Below, piece by piece: positions 43,948 to 55,541 of a stretch of 64,000 nucleotides of DNA (position 1 is its first letter; every line of letters begins with the position of its first letter). The notes beneath the pieces were generated by a model that worked only from the letters and a program-made list of their open reading frames with translations, was not told where the DNA came from and made no database searches. The position numbers and the translations under genes are program-made. Source of the DNA: an uncultured delta proteobacterium (GTDB lineage: Bacteria; Myxococcota; Myxococcia; Myxococcales; Anaeromyxobacteraceae); contig CAWJSR010000029.1 in assembly GCA_963845515.1 (NCBI GenBank), positions 336,214 to 400,213 of the forward strand, read 5' to 3'.

Positions 43948-46050
43948 CTAACCCGCGGCCTCGCGCCCTGGCGCGCCCGTCGTGACGTCCTCGATGATCG
44001 GCCCGACGTCCAGGACGAGGACCGTGTGCTGGTTGCCCAGGTCGGTGGCCCCGGCGATGCCGCGGATCCCGTGCAGGGCCTTGCCCAGCGGCTTCACCAC
44101 GATGTCCTGCTGCCCGAGGAGGTCGTCGACCGCGATGCCGAGCCGCTCCTGCGCCAGCCCGACGACGACGACGTAGAACGGATCGGCCGCGCGCGCGCCG
44201 CTGAGCGCGAAGAACGAGGAGAGCCGGACGAGCGGCAGCGTCGCGCCGCGCAGGGTGATGACCTCACGGTTCGAGAGCGTGCGCACCTCGGCGGCGACGA
44301 CCTGCAGGATCTCCAGGACGCCGTTGAGCGGGACGGCGTAGGTCCTGCCGGCGACCGCGACCACCAGCGCCCGCACGATGGCGAGGGTGGTCGGGAGGGT
44401 GATCTCGAACCGCGTCCCGTGTCCCCGCACCGAGTGGAGCTCGATGATCCCCGAGAGGTTCGCGATGTTGTTCTTCACGACGTCCATGCCGACGCCGCGC
44501 CCCGAGAGCGACGTCACCTGGCGCGCCGTCGAGAAGCCCGGGACGAAGATGAGGTTCATCACCTCGCGCCGCGTCATCTCGCGGACCGCCTCGGCGCCGG
44601 CCAGGCCGCGCTGCACGGCCACCTCGCGGATCCGCTCCTCGTCGATCCCGGCGCCGTCGTCCTCGACGACGATCTCGACGTGGTTCCCCTTCTGCGCCGC
44701 CGCGAGCGTGACGCGCCCCGCGCGAGGCTTGCCCAGGCGCTCCCGCACCTCGACCGGCTCCACCGCGTGATCGATGGCGTTACGGATGAGGTGCATCAGC
44801 GGATCCGAGAGCTCCTCGACGATCAGCTTGTCGATCTCGACGTCGCCGCCGGAGACCGTGAGGTCGATCTCCTTCCCCACCTCGCGGGCGATCTTGCGGA
44901 CCATCCGCGCCAGCTTGTCGAACACCTGCTCGAGCGGCACCATCCGCACCTCGAGGATGCCGGACTGGAGCTCCGCGAGCTTCCGCTCCAGGCTCCTGTT
45001 GGCGCGGTGCAGCTCGGCCGTGAGCACCGGGTCTCCGCCCTCGATCTTGAGCCGCTCGGCGACCGCTGCGAGGCTCGACTTCACCAGCACCAGCTCGCCG
45101 ACCACGTTCATCAGGCGGTCCAGCTTCCGGATGTCGACGCGGACCGCCTGCGATGCGGAGCGGAGTGACGCCACCTCGGGCTCCGCCAGCGGCGAAGGCG
45201 AGTAGGACGCCGCCGGACGCGGCGCGGGACCGCCGGGCTCGATCAGGAATTCCGAGGGCGGCGGCGCCTGCGGCCGCGGCGGCGCCACGGCCCCGCCGGG
45301 ACGGTCCCGCGGCTGGGCCCGCCCGACCGGCTCGACGAAGCCCCCCGGCCCCACCGCGTGGCGGACGACCTCCAGGGGCTCCTGCGACGCGAAGAGGAGG
45401 TCGAAGCCGATGGCCTCAGGGTCGGCGACGTCGTGGGACGGGAGCGTCGAGACGACCTCTCCCAGGGGCTTCAGCCGCGTGGAGAGCGACGCGAGCTCGC
45501 GGTCGAACGAGGCGAGCTCGAAGGCCACCTTGACGCGGAGGATCGCGATCCCCTTCGTCACGTTGGAGCGGAGCCGGTGCTCCTCGTACTCGGTCAGGAC
45601 GGCTCGGACCTCGGGACCCAGCCCCACGGAGTCCAGCGCGTCCGCCGCAGCGGCGGGCGCAGCGGGGCCCGCCGCTCGCAGCCGACGGACGAGCTCTCCA
45701 GCGGCGTCGCCGGTCTGCGGAGGCGCCCCGGAGGCCTCCTCGGCCATGATCCTGGTGAAGACCTCGGGGGTCTCCAGCAGGAGGTCGACCGTCGCGCGAT
45801 CGGCAGCGCGGCGCCCCATCCGCAGGTCGTCCAGGACGTCCTCGAGCGCATGCGCCAGCCGGGCCATGCGCTCGACCCCGAACATGGAGGCGAGCCCCTT
45901 GAGCGTGTGCGAGGCGCGGAAGACCGCGTTGAGGAGATCCGGCTCCGGCTCGGACACGCCCTCGAGGCGCAGGAGATCCTTGCCGAGGGAATCTACCGAT
46001 TCCTGCGCCTCGGAGAGGAAGTCCGCAAGCCTCTGGGATTGATCGGCCAT
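43948..46050 (-). CDS. cheA: chemotaxis histidine kinase CheA
   Basis: Hpt HTLKG, VRVDIRKLD, HLIRNAIDH, DDGAG, GFST..SGRGVGMDVV and a C-terminal CheW domain. Confidence 0.96.
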   Translation of the reverse strand: MADQSQRLADFLSEAQESVDSLGKDLLRLEGVSEPEPDLLNAVFRASHTLKGLASMFGVERMARLAHALEDVLDDLRMGRRAADRATVDLLLETPEVFTRIMAEEASGAPPQTGDAAGELVRRLRAAGPAAPAAAADALDSVGLGPEVRAVLTEYEEHRLRSNVTKGIAILRVKVAFELASFDRELASLSTRLKPLGEVVSTLPSHDVADPEAIGFDLLFASQEPLEVVRHAVGPGGFVEPVGRAQPRDRPGGAVAPPRPQAPPPSEFLIEPGGPAPRPAASYSPSPLAEPEVASLRSASQAVRVDIRKLDRLMNVVGELVLVKSSLAAVAERLKIEGGDPVLTAELHRANRSLERKLAELQSGILEVRMVPLEQVFDKLARMVRKIAREVGKEIDLTVSGGDVEIDKLIVEELSDPLMHLIRNAIDHAVEPVEVRERLGKPRAGRVTLAAAQKGNHVEIVVEDDGAGIDEERIREVAVQRGLAGAEAVREMTRREVMNLIFVPGFSTARQVTSLSGRGVGMDVVKNNIANLSGIIELHSVRGHGTRFEITLPTTLAIVRALVVAVAGRTYAVPLNGVLEILQVVAAEVRTLSNREVITLRGATLPLVRLSSFFALSGARAADPFYVVVVGLAQERLGIAVDDLLGQQDIVVKPLGKALHGIRGIAGATDLGNQHTVLVLDVGPIIEDVTTGAPGREAAG

Positions 46051-46106
46051 GCCGCGCGGTCGCCGTGCCCGAGGAAGGACCGCGGCGGGCGGGCCGGCTC
46101 AGCGAG

Positions 46107-46676
46107 TCATCGTACCACGGAGACCCCGACCGGCAAGGCGACGCTCCGCGCGCGCACCTCCACCGCGGCGATCTCCACGTTGGCGCCGCGGGAGCCGAGC
46201 GCGTCGCGTGCCGCGACGAGGTCGCGGTGGAGGGCTGGAGCGTCGCCGAGCAGCACCTGCCTGCCGACGGGCTGCTCCATGCTCGCCTCGAGCCAGAGCC
46301 GTGGCCCTGGACCATCGAGCGGCGGCAGCGAGGCGGCGAAGGAGGTGCTGCCGGCCTTCGCCAGCGCGCCACACGCGGTCCTCGCGAAGGCGGCGAAGCC
46401 ATCCGCGTCGAGCGGCAGCGCGGGGAGGCCGAAGAAGAAGACGCGCGCGGCGCCGACCCTGCCGGCGGAGGGGAGCAGCAGCGCCTCGCGCTCACCGCCG
46501 CCGTAGAACCGATCGCGCAGCGCGTGCGAGAGCACACCGCAGAGCCGCCAGTCGACCCAACCTGCCAGCCCCTGGAGCGGACGCTCCGGGCCGACGAAGA
46601 CGGCGAGCGAGTCCACGTCGAGCGCGTCGAGCGCCGCCAGCGAGAGATCGACCACCTCTATGCGGAGCTTCGTCAC
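46107..46676 (-). CDS. stand-alone M17 leucyl aminopeptidase N-terminal-like domain protein
   Basis: [33 protein letters not shown]; no catalytic domain; GTGA overlap with nusB. Confidence 0.55.
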   Translation of the reverse strand: MTKLRIEVVDLSLAALDALDVDSLAVFVGPERPLQGLAGWVDWRLCGVLSHALRDRFYGGGEREALLLPSAGRVGAARVFFFGLPALPLDADGFAAFARTACGALAKAGSTSFAASLPPLDGPGPRLWLEASMEQPVGRQVLLGDAPALHRDLVAARDALGSRGANVEIAAVEVRARSVALPVGVSVVR

Positions 46677-47101
46677 CGCCCGCTCGACCTCTCGGGCGGC
46701 AGCCCGCCGGCGATCCGGTCGAGCACGCCGTTGACGAACGCACCGCTGCTCTCCGAGCCGAACTTCTTCCCGAGCTCGATCGCCTCGTTGATGATGACCT
46801 TCACCGGGGCGTCTCCGTGGAGGAGCTCGAAGACGGCGAGCCTGAGCGCGTTCCTGTCGACGCGGGCCATGCGGTCGACCCGCCAGTTGGTGGAGGCCGC
46901 CTCGATCCGCTCGTCGATCGCGCGCCGCTCGCGGTGGACGCCGCGGACGAACTGCTCCGCCAGCTCCTGGACCTCGCGCTCCGCCGGCTCGAAGCTCCGC
47001 CAGAACCGGGCGAGCGCCTCGTCGATGTCCGACGCGGCGACGTCGATCTGGTACAGCGCCTGCAGGGCGCGCTCGCGCGCCTTGGTCCGCTTCCCGGTCA
47101 C
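46673..47101 (-). CDS. nusB: transcription antitermination factor NusB
   Basis: [31 protein letters not shown] and FVNGVLD. Confidence 0.95.
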   Translation of the reverse strand: MTGKRTKARERALQALYQIDVAASDIDEALARFWRSFEPAEREVQELAEQFVRGVHRERRAIDERIEAASTNWRVDRMARVDRNALRLAVFELLHGDAPVKVIINEAIELGKKFGSESSGAFVNGVLDRIAGGLPPERSSGR

Positions 47102-47105
47102 GGCG

Positions 47106-47594
47106 CTAGGCCCGCTTCCCGGCGGGGAGCCTGGCCGCCTCGCGGAAGACGTTCGCCTGCTCGATGGCGGCGGCGGCCGCCTCCGCTCCCTTGTTGCCAG
47201 CCTTCACGCCGGCCCGCTCCAGGGCCTGCTCCATCGTGTCGCAGGTGAGGATGCCCATCGAGACGGCGCAGTCAGCCTCCATCGTGACGTGCGCGACACC
47301 CTTGGTGGCCTCGGCCGCGACGTACTCGAAGTGAGGCGTGCCGCCGCGGATGATGGCGCCGAGCGCCACCGCGGCGTCGTAGCGGCCGCTCGCGGCCACC
47401 CGCTGCAGGAGCGCCGGGAGCTCGAAGGTGCCGGGGCACCGGAAGACGTCGATGTCCGCGTCCTTCACCCCGTGGCGCCGGAAGGCGTCCGCCGCCCCGG
47501 CGAGCAGCTGCTCGGTGAGGAGCGAGTTGAACCGCGAGACGACGATGGCGACCTTGAGCCCGGTCGCGACGAGCGAGCCCTCGTAGACGTTCAT
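47106..47594 (-). CDS. ribH: 6,7-dimethyl-8-ribityllumazine synthase
   Basis: [22 protein letters not shown] and GNKGAEAA. Confidence 0.96.
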   Translation of the reverse strand: MNVYEGSLVATGLKVAIVVSRFNSLLTEQLLAGAADAFRRHGVKDADIDVFRCPGTFELPALLQRVAASGRYDAAVALGAIIRGGTPHFEYVAAEATKGVAHVTMEADCAVSMGILTCDTMEQALERAGVKAGNKGAEAAAAAIEQANVFREAARLPAGKRA

Positions 47595-47914
47595 GGCTTC
47601 CTCCGTGCGGCGCGCTTGACTGACGCGCGCGCCGGCTTGGCGGCCCGCCGCTCCGGCGATGCCGAGGCGAGGGTCAATAGGTGGCCGAGCTTGTCACGCT
47701 TCGTGACCAGGTAGGCCCGGTTTCGCTCGGTGGGTGGCATCTCGATCGGGACGCGCTCGACCACCTCGAGCCCGTACCCTTCGAGGCCGATGATCTTCTT
47801 CGGGTTGTTGGTGAGGAGCCGCATCTGGCGGATGCCCAGATCTCGCAGGATCTGCGCGCCGATCCCGTAGTCGCGCAGGTCGGGCTTGAAGCCGAGCCGA
47901 ACGTTGGCCTCGAC
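47591..47914 (-). CDS. ribBA: GTP cyclohydrolase II / RibBA, C-terminal part, cut at the junction
   Basis: [51 protein letters not shown]; homology stops at ~47914. Confidence 0.9.
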   Translation of the reverse strand, partial: VEANVRLGFKPDLRDYGIGAQILRDLGIRQMRLLTNNPKKIIGLEGYGLEVVERVPIEMPPTERNRAYLVTKRDKLGHLLTLASASPERRAAKPARASVKRAARRKP

Positions 47915-47980
47915 AAGTCAGCCCAGCAATACGTGGCGATGGCATTGTTGCTGCTGGTCTCCTGGCTCAGTTGCATTGCT
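47915..47980. other. read junction with nanopore adapter-like sequence
   Basis: AGCAATACGT at 47925-47934 (reverse complement of the adapter end) and degenerate CTCAGTTGCATTGCT ending at 47980. Confidence 0.75.
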
Positions 47981-48464
47981 CCCAATATTCGCTGCGGATG
48001 CCCAACGCCTCGGGCTTGGTCCACACCGACGTAGAACGGCCCGGCGGTATAGTCCTTCCCTCGCACCTTGGGCCAAGGTTGATCCTCGGGCTCGATTGCC
48101 ACCCCGGCCATCGATTTGCTCAGGTCCGTGTTGAGCATCGCGACGAGGGGGATCTGCGCGGCGAAGCCATCGATGGCCACCGCCCTCGATCACGCTTCCC
48201 GGCGGAAAGGTCAGGCCCAAGAAGGAGCGCCGCGGCAGGCACGGCGCGGTAGGTCATGGGCGCGCCGGAGGTGCGTTCCTTCGGCGCCTCGATGGTGACC
48301 GCGTCGGGCCGCGCCAGCAGCTCTCCCCTCGTGAAGCTCCGCTTCTCCGCGCCGACCTCGACCTCGACTGCCGGGTCGGCAGCTTGCGTAACAGCCGGCA
48401 GGATCAGGAAAAAGCCCAGGATCAAAGCCCGGACCGGCGCCCCACCCCGTCTAACAAAGCCCAT
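47981..48464 (-). CDS. secreted protein fragment, probably the N-terminus of a cytochrome c family protein (frameshifted)
   Basis: Signal peptide; ELLARPD, MTYRAVP, AIDGFAAQIP, AIEP..QPWP and GPFY; no CxxCH in view. Confidence 0.45.
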
Positions 48465-48604
48465 CGCTAAGCCTCCCGCGGCTTGAATCCCCAAGCGCTT
48501 CCCTCCTTAGCGCCCCGGCGCGCCCGGCGCCACTCACGACCCACTGTGAGCCGTAACCAGAGTGCGCTATATCGTAGAGCCACCATCAACGCTTTGAGAA
48601 TGCC

Positions 48605-49140
48605 ATGAGATCGCCCGCATTTGCCTTTGCCTTTGTGTTTGCTGTTGCCTTCGAGCAGAACGCCTTCGCCGCCGATCCTCCAGCCGCTCACCCGCGCGGA
48701 CTGCGAGAAGGCCAGCATGAAGTCGAATGTGAACTCGGCGAATGTTTGCGGCAGCTCTCAAGATGCCGGCGAGGGCCGCGGCGCCGGCCGCTCCGTCGAG
48801 CGAAAACTCATCTGCCGAAGCGCCCCAGCCGCTGACCCGCGCAGATTGCGAAAAGGCCAGCATGACATGGAATGACGCGACGAATGCTTGCGGCAGCTCA
48901 CAAGATGCCTCGGCCGCCTCAGCAGCCGCGGCCGCCGCCGCCGTCATGCCCGAGAAAAAGGAAAAGCGGGGGCTCAAGAAAGAAAAAGAGACCACCAAGG
49001 TGGTCAAGACGAAGAAGGGTACCAAGAAGACCACCGTCTATAAGAAGTCCCCAAAATCCCATAAGCACGACGCCACCACGAAGAAAGAACAGCGTCGCTT
49101 CTTCAAATGGTGGAAGCAGCAGGACAAAGCCAAGTCGTAA
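48605..49140 (+). CDS. small secreted protein with two Cys-pair repeats and a Lys-rich tail (frameshifted)
   Basis: Signal peptide; QPLTRADCEKASM..N..N.CGS twice; hairpin downstream at ~49148-49177. Confidence 0.6.
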
Positions 49141-49329
49141 AACACAAAAGGGCGCTGGCTTAGAGCCGGCGCCCCTTCGCATTTTGAGTGCCAAGTCGCC
49201 GGTAGCGTCCGGGTTGAAAAGTGGCCAAGCCGCTTATGACGTGCCAGCAATTTTCCCAGCGTCGGTTCGATGACAGTCATTCCCGATCAGGGCCCGCCCC
49301 ACCGGTCATTTCCAGCCAGGCTTGACGGT

Positions 49330-50073
49330 TTAGAGACCAGTAACGTCGATCGACTCCTTCTCGCGCTCGGTGAAGCTCTGGGACCGGTAGTGTCGAGCGT
49401 GCCGAAATCGAAATAGGCATGTACTTTGACGGTCCAGTTGGCTAGTAAGCCCATTCGACGCCGCCGCCGACAGTCCAGCCGAACATGGTCTCGTCACCGC
49501 TCATGCTCCACTTCCCGATGCCCGCAGCCTGCCGGCGGCGCAATGCACGGATCGATGGTCGTCGCCTCGGCATCGAGAAGCGCGCCGCCGCCCTTGGCGT
49601 AAAAGAGAATGTTGTTCATTGCTCAGCCCAAGCCGGCCCAGTTACCGCCAAATAGAAGTCGGACTTGAACGTGGTGGTCGTGTCCAAGATGCCGTTGTTG
49701 GCGACCCATCGATCGATGCGCGAGCCGTCGAACCCGAGATAGCCGACTTCACCTTCAAGGCCGAAAACCAAAGCGCCCGGTTGCCAGTTGTAGCCTAGGG
49801 TCCCGCCGCCGAAGAACCCGTCGGCGTCGAATCAATAGGGGCTGCTGCCGAGATTGGACCAAGTCAGGCGCTCATGGGTTCGGTCGCTTCGGGTCTGCCC
49901 CAGCCGTATCCGGCAAACAAGACCCGCATAGGGCCCGCTCCAGAAGACGAGCGCTGGCGCGACGGCCGCCGGAGCGTTGTAAGCTGGTCTCGGTCCAAGA
50001 TCGGCGGCGGTGGCGGAACCAGCGATCATCAGAACCGCGCCGGCGAGACCGGCGACGTGGAGAATTCCTTCAT
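49330..50073 (-). CDS. outer-membrane beta-barrel protein (Omp25/Omp31-like), heavily frameshifted
   Basis: ATAADL..PA, WSGPYAG, GFFGGGTLGYNWQ, VFGLEGE, LFYAKGG and GWTVGGG fragments across frames. Confidence 0.6.
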
Positions 50074-51490
50074 GCCCCGAATTCAGTGTCCCCTAAAATG
50101 ATTGCACGTGATGCCCGCTCAAGGCCACGCAGAGCATGTCCGCTCTGCCAAGGGCGTTCGTTCAGCCGCGATGGGGATGCGCCATCGCTTAGTGCCAGAA
50201 CCGGGGCATTGGCACTTGGCGCGCGGCGCGAACTAGCAAGAAAATTATACTCGTTTACGCGTAGCAGCACACCGCGGAAAGGGGTATACTGAAGGGCTAT
50301 CGGCGAGACGGGCACACTCCTCCTCCAGGACGTCATTCTTGGAAGGCTCATACGGGAGGTGACAATGATCAGGTTGATCGCTGTTGCATTTGCGTTTACC
50401 GTCGCAACCTCCGCTCAGGCAATGTCGCCCGCGCCGCTTCGTCGCTGGACGACATCCGCCCGCCGCCACGTCGGCCGCGGAGTGGTCACAGGCAACTGAA
50501 AACTAGGAAGCCGACCAGGCGCTCGCCTTGCGGCTTCGACTTCCTTTGCAACTCGATAGTGAAGCGCGGCCGAAATATTGGCACGCCCGTCTCGGGCATC
50601 ACGCAAGCAAGTTGTCGAGGAGAACGACATGAAAAAATATCTCATCGTTGCCGCCTCGTCCTCTTGTCCCGCAGCCAATCAACGCACAAGCCGATGGGTT
50701 TTACGCATGGTCAACAATACGACCAAGGAGTGCCGGATCATGCCGGCAGCGAGCTGTCCTCCACCCAGAAGGCTAGATACAAGGAGCTGGGCAAGTACGC
50801 CTCGATCGATGAGGCCAAAGCGGCTATGGAACTTCCAGTACTCCCAACCGCCTCACCAAAAATGTCATCGAAAGCAGCTATCGATAGCCTCCAGACATCC
50901 CCAACCGTGGGAGGAAACCAATGGTCCAATTGATCGCTGTTGCTGCTATTGCCTTTGCCGCCGCAACGTCGGCTCAGGCTCTGTCCCCGTGCCGCTTCAT
51001 CAGTTCGGACAGCATGATCACGCAGGTCCGCGCAGCATGCGGCGCGGGTCGGGTACGAGCCTAATGGTATCTGCGTGGCCCAGGACCACCATCCGCCAAA
51101 CCCGCAGGTGTGCGCGATGGAGTGGAGGCGCCTGCGTTCGCTGGTTCTGAATTCGGCCACTTCAGTGACCCCGAGGCGCGCAACGGGTGGTGGGCGTAGC
51201 CCCATATGGGCCTTGTCGCGCCGAAGAATCGTGAAGGAGCGAACATAGTGAGCCAAAAAAAAGGCGTCCGCTGATTTTGGATCGGACGCCAGAAGCGCGT
51301 TTTCGCGCGCGTGCCGAAGGAAACCCGGCACTTGACGGCCGCGTCTAGGGCTAGACCGGGGGGTGCTAGCGATGTGGTCGCTTGCCCAGCATATCACATT
51401 GCGAGCGTGCGCTATGGTCCATATCCATCGCTGGCCCCGGCCAAAAAAACCGCGCGACGCTTGCAGACCAGCAAACAGTAGGAGGAGCTC

Positions 51491-52290
51491 ATGCGACGCG
51501 CAGGTAGGAAGAATGCGCGGAAGACGCAAAGACATCATTTATCACTCTTGCGGTGGCGGCGATCACGAGCACGACGAGCGTGTCGGTGGCTCGTGCCGAT
51601 GAAGCGCAAGCGAAGGCACTGTTACGACCGTGTCCGATTACCTCGCCGCGCAGCAGGCGATATCGTTTGACTACAACTCGACGCTCGAGGTCGTCACCGA
51701 GAAGGACCAGAAATTAGGGCTGGCAAGTTCAGGCACAGTGACCCTCAATCGGCCTGACAAGTTCCACGCAACACGCACCGGCAGAATTGCCAATATCGAG
51801 ATGGTGTTTGGCAGGAAAACGCTGACTCTGCTCGGCAAGAACGCCAACCTGTTCGCCAAGGCCGAAGAGCCCGGCACCGTGGTCGAACTCGTCGACGTAT
51901 TGCAGAAAAAGTTCGATAGGCCCGTGCCGGCCGCCGACTTTGCTGATGGCGAATCCTTATGATGAGCTCATACCCTTGGTCGTGAAATCAAGGACCTTGG
52001 AAGCGGCGTGATCCGCGGCGTTGAATCCGATCACCTTGCTTTTAGGACAGACGACGTGGACTGGCAGATCTGGATCGCCCAGGGTGATCGTCCCTATCCC
52101 TGCCGGTACGTGATCACCAGCACCAAGGTTAAGGGGTCGCCGCAATACACCATCGACGTCCGGACTGGAAGACGACCTGAGGTTGCTTCCGATACCTCAG
52201 CGTGGACGTTCCGAAGGACACGAAAGAACTTGGAGCTCAGCGCGATTGCCGATGAGTTACCCGAGATCTTCAAGGTGAAAAAAGGAGCAC
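51491..52290 (+). CDS. DUF2092 family periplasmic protein (frameshifted)
   Basis: SDYLAAQQAISFDYNSTLEVVT..RPDK; HLAFRTDDVDWQIWIAQGDRPYPCRYVITS. Confidence 0.65.
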
Positions 52291-53151
52291 GATCGCCATG
52301 TCGACGCCGGCTTCGGACTTCTTCTGCTGGCCGCGATCATCGGCGCCTTTTGCCTCGAACTCGGTCAGCGGTACTCGATTCCAGGCGTCGATGGCCTCGT
52401 CTCTAGCGCCCAGGCCACGGTCGGCCGCCCCTTGACACCGGTAAGTGTCGCAGGTGTCGCGCGGAGGTCCACGCGCGGCGGAACTAGTACTGCCTACGCT
52501 GCCACTGATCGGGGGCGCCGTTTGTTTGGCGTCACTGTGTTCGCTACGGCTTCACCAGCAAACCCTAGCTCCGGAGGTGCAAACCACCGGTGACACGACG
52601 CCTTCCAACGATCGTATGGGCAAAGTCCTACGACGTCGGGCGGCAGCAACAGATGGGGGCTAATCGAGCTCCGCCAATAGGGGTTGGGCGTAGGCTCTGC
52701 GGCGTCTCAGTCACTGGTCCCGTCACATTGTTGTCCGTCTTCCCCACTTATCGATAGCCTCGCGCAAAGACTTTAGCAACTTGTCGGATGGCGTTATTTT
52801 TTCCAAGGGCGTCCGCCGTACCCGGATGACGATGCACTGAGGCTGCGCCGCCGCAATCATGCACGGCGCGCTCCAACAGGCGACGACCATCAAGGCGATG
52901 TTTGGGCGCATCTATCCGCCCCTTCATTTCGCCAGGACCTGGCTCATATTTACGCTCTTTTCTACTGCTAAGCATCGAAGTCGGGTTATTATGGTTCTAT
53001 GTTCGTGATCCCTGAGATTGCTACGCGGTAAGGCGTAGCAAAACGCTGCCTTCAATGTGGCTTCGAGTGCGGCGCTGTAGCCACCGATTGTCTGCTCGAC
53101 AAATAGCTTAATTCAGCCGACGGTTCGAGGTCACAACGGGAGTGCGGCTTC

Positions 53152-54240
53152 ATGGAACACGAAAGAGTTCGATCACGAAATTCTGCTGCTACAGGGCGGT
53201 GGCGCGCTTGGGCCTGCCGGCCGGCGTCTATGAAGGCCTGGTCGAAGCTGGCGTGGCGCCGACCTGGGTGGTCGGCATCTCGATCGGGGCGATCAACGCA
53301 GCCGCTGATCGTCGGCAACCCGCCTGAGCGGCGGATCGAGCGACTGCGTGAATTTTTCGCGGAGAGTGTCAAGAAATGTCGGGCCCCCGCTGCGGCATGG
53401 CTCGACCTACTTCGGCCGACCGTGAACTTACATGTCGGCAATGTCGTTCGCCACGTTCGGCGTCCAGTTCTTCTTCACGCCCCGAATGCCACCGCCTTCG
53501 TTCGCCGCGGATGGCGCCGAAGCACTCTCAGCACATGTACGACACAACTCCGCTCAAGGCCACTTTGGAAGAGCTGATGATTTCGATCTGATCAATTCCG
53601 GGCAGGTCCGCCTGTCGTTGGGTGCCGTGGACGTACGCAAGGGCGCCTCCATCTCGATACCAAGTCTACCAGATCCACGCAGACCATGTCCGCGCCAGTG
53701 GCGCTCTGTCCACCCGGTTTCCCGCCGGTGACGATGAATAGGAAATATACTGGACGGCGGCGTGGTCAGTAACCCCGCCAATCACCTATGTGTCGGACGA
53801 AAGACCCTTGACCACCGCTCGCGTAGATTAGACGTCTCAACTCCCAAGGAGAACTGCCGCGCAATTTCAGCCCAAGTGAGCGAACGGGCGAAAGACATCC
53901 CCAGGTATGCGAGTAGAACTCGGCTCAACGTCGAACAGATAAAGGGAATTCCACTTTACAGTGCACACGGCAGGCTGATGGGCAAACTCCCCAAAGAGCT
54001 GAAGTCTGATCCGGACGCGATAAAGCTAGCTGTCGCCTGCGATGACGAAGCTGGACAATCATCGCCCTGATGGATGCGCCTCGAGGTCCGGCCTCGTCAA
54101 GGATTACGAATTCTCCCGTGCCACGGGTGCCCGGAGGCTTGGGCAGCCGGTCTGGATCGTGCGGCGTTCCGTGTCCGCCTGGGATGACTTGCGGCCAGAG
54201 GCCGGCCATGGGGTTCTGGTTTACCGACCGACCGAAGCTC
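53152..54240 (+). CDS. patatin-like phospholipase (frameshifted)
   Basis: LQGGGALG, WVVGISIGAIN, YDTTPLKATLE, YWDGG-like segment and KDYEFS across frames. Confidence 0.7.
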
Positions 54241-54389
54241 TCGCAATTCATCGGCTTATATGTATTTGCATCTACTACTGACTAAGTACGTATTGCTGTG
54301 CCTGATTTGTGGTAACTTCCGGAAATTGAGCCGTGACCACCTCGGCAGTGGAAGCCGGTCACGGCCCGGATTTCTGGGAGGAGTTTGGC

Positions 54390-54700
54390 ATGGATGCCGA
54401 TGCGGAAGGCTTTGTGGCGGGGTTGAAAGAGTGTTTCAGCGGTTTGCAGGATCCACGCGTCCAGGGACGGTGCGATCACTTGTTGATCGATATTTTGGCG
54501 ATTGCCATTTTGGCGGTGCTGAGCGGAGCGGAGGACTGGCCGGACATCGAAGAATTTGGGAAGCGCCGAGTCACGTGGCTCAAGACCTTTCTGCAGTTGC
54601 CCAATGGCATCCCATCGCACGACACGTTTCGGCGAGTTTTCGGGGTGTTGGATCGTAAGCAATTCGCCGCCAGCCTGTTCCAATGGACCCAGGCCCTGCA
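54390..54700 (+). mobile_element. ISAs1 family transposase, N-terminal fragment
   Basis: FSGLQDPR..H.LIDILAIAILAVLSGAEDWPDIEEFG..WLKTFLQLPNGIPSHDTFRRVF; GGAGGAG RBS; ends at a poly-T junction. Confidence 0.85.
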
Positions 54701-54706
54701 GCAATT

Positions 54707-54765
<59 letters not shown>

Positions 54766-54767
54766 GC

Positions 54768-55130
54768 GGCTTTCTGCTCGCGGCCACCCGCCCGATCGAC
54801 CTGCTGGCCGGGATCCGGGTCGTCGCGGGCGGCGACACGCTGCTGTCCCCCGGCGTGACCCGGCACCTGATCGAGGCCTACGTACGACGGCCCGTCGGCC
54901 TGCACGCGGCGTCGACGCGGCTCGACGTACTCACCGACCGGGAGCGCGAGGTGCTCGGACTCGTCGGTCAGGGACTGTCGAACACCGAGATCGCGGAGCA
55001 CCTGTTCGTCAGCCCGGCCACCGTCAAGACGCACATCGGCCGGCTGCTGATGAAGCTCGAGGCCCGAGACCGCGCCAGCTCGTGGTGCTCGCCTACGAGA
55101 CCGGCCTCGTCGTCGCCCGCGAGCCCCGTT
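54768..55130 (+). CDS. NarL/LuxR family response regulator, C-terminal fragment (actinobacterial-like)
   Basis: LLSPGVTRHLI..LTDREREVLGLVGQGLSNTEIAEHLFVSPATVKTHIGRLLMKL. Confidence 0.8.
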
Positions 55131-55207
55131 GAACCAGCCCCGGTAACCGGCCCGCCAACCGGCGAAGCCCGGCAGGAAACCTAACCGGGAGCTGTGGCGC
55201 CTTGGGG

Positions 55208-55294
55208 TGGTGCGCGAGGGGGGAGTTGAACCCCCACGCCCTTTCGGGCACACGGACCTGAACCGTGCGCGTCTGCCTATTCCGCCACTCGCGG
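55208..55294 (-). tRNA. tRNA-Leu(CAG)
   Basis: CGCGAG/CTCGCG acceptor stem, D arm GGCGGAATAGGCAGAC, anticodon arm CACGG-TTCAGGT-CCGTG, long variable arm, GGTTCAACTCC and encoded CCA; first base mismatched. Confidence 0.92.
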
Positions 55295-55374
55295 TGAAGC
55301 CCGCCAAGACCAACCCACGGCCACGATCCGCCCCAAACCGGGCCGCGTCCGGCCGCAGGCGCTGCAATCTGGTG

Positions 55375-55519
55375 CCGGATCAAGATCTTTGTATACATTA
55401 ACAAATGCTTTCGAGACTGCAACATATTGTTTTGTCGTTGAGTTCGATTGCGAAAATGTATCAGTTACAAAAAGACTTATGGTGAGAACCGAAAGAAGTG
55501 ATATCAAAATAAAGCGCAT
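55375..55519 (-). CDS. secreted protein N-terminal fragment (possibly SH3b-like)
   Basis: MRFILISLLSVLTISLFV signal peptide, then YVAVSKAFVNVYKDLDP; cut at a GC discontinuity. Confidence 0.4.
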
Positions 55520-55541
55520 GATGATTGCCCCCCGATTTGAA

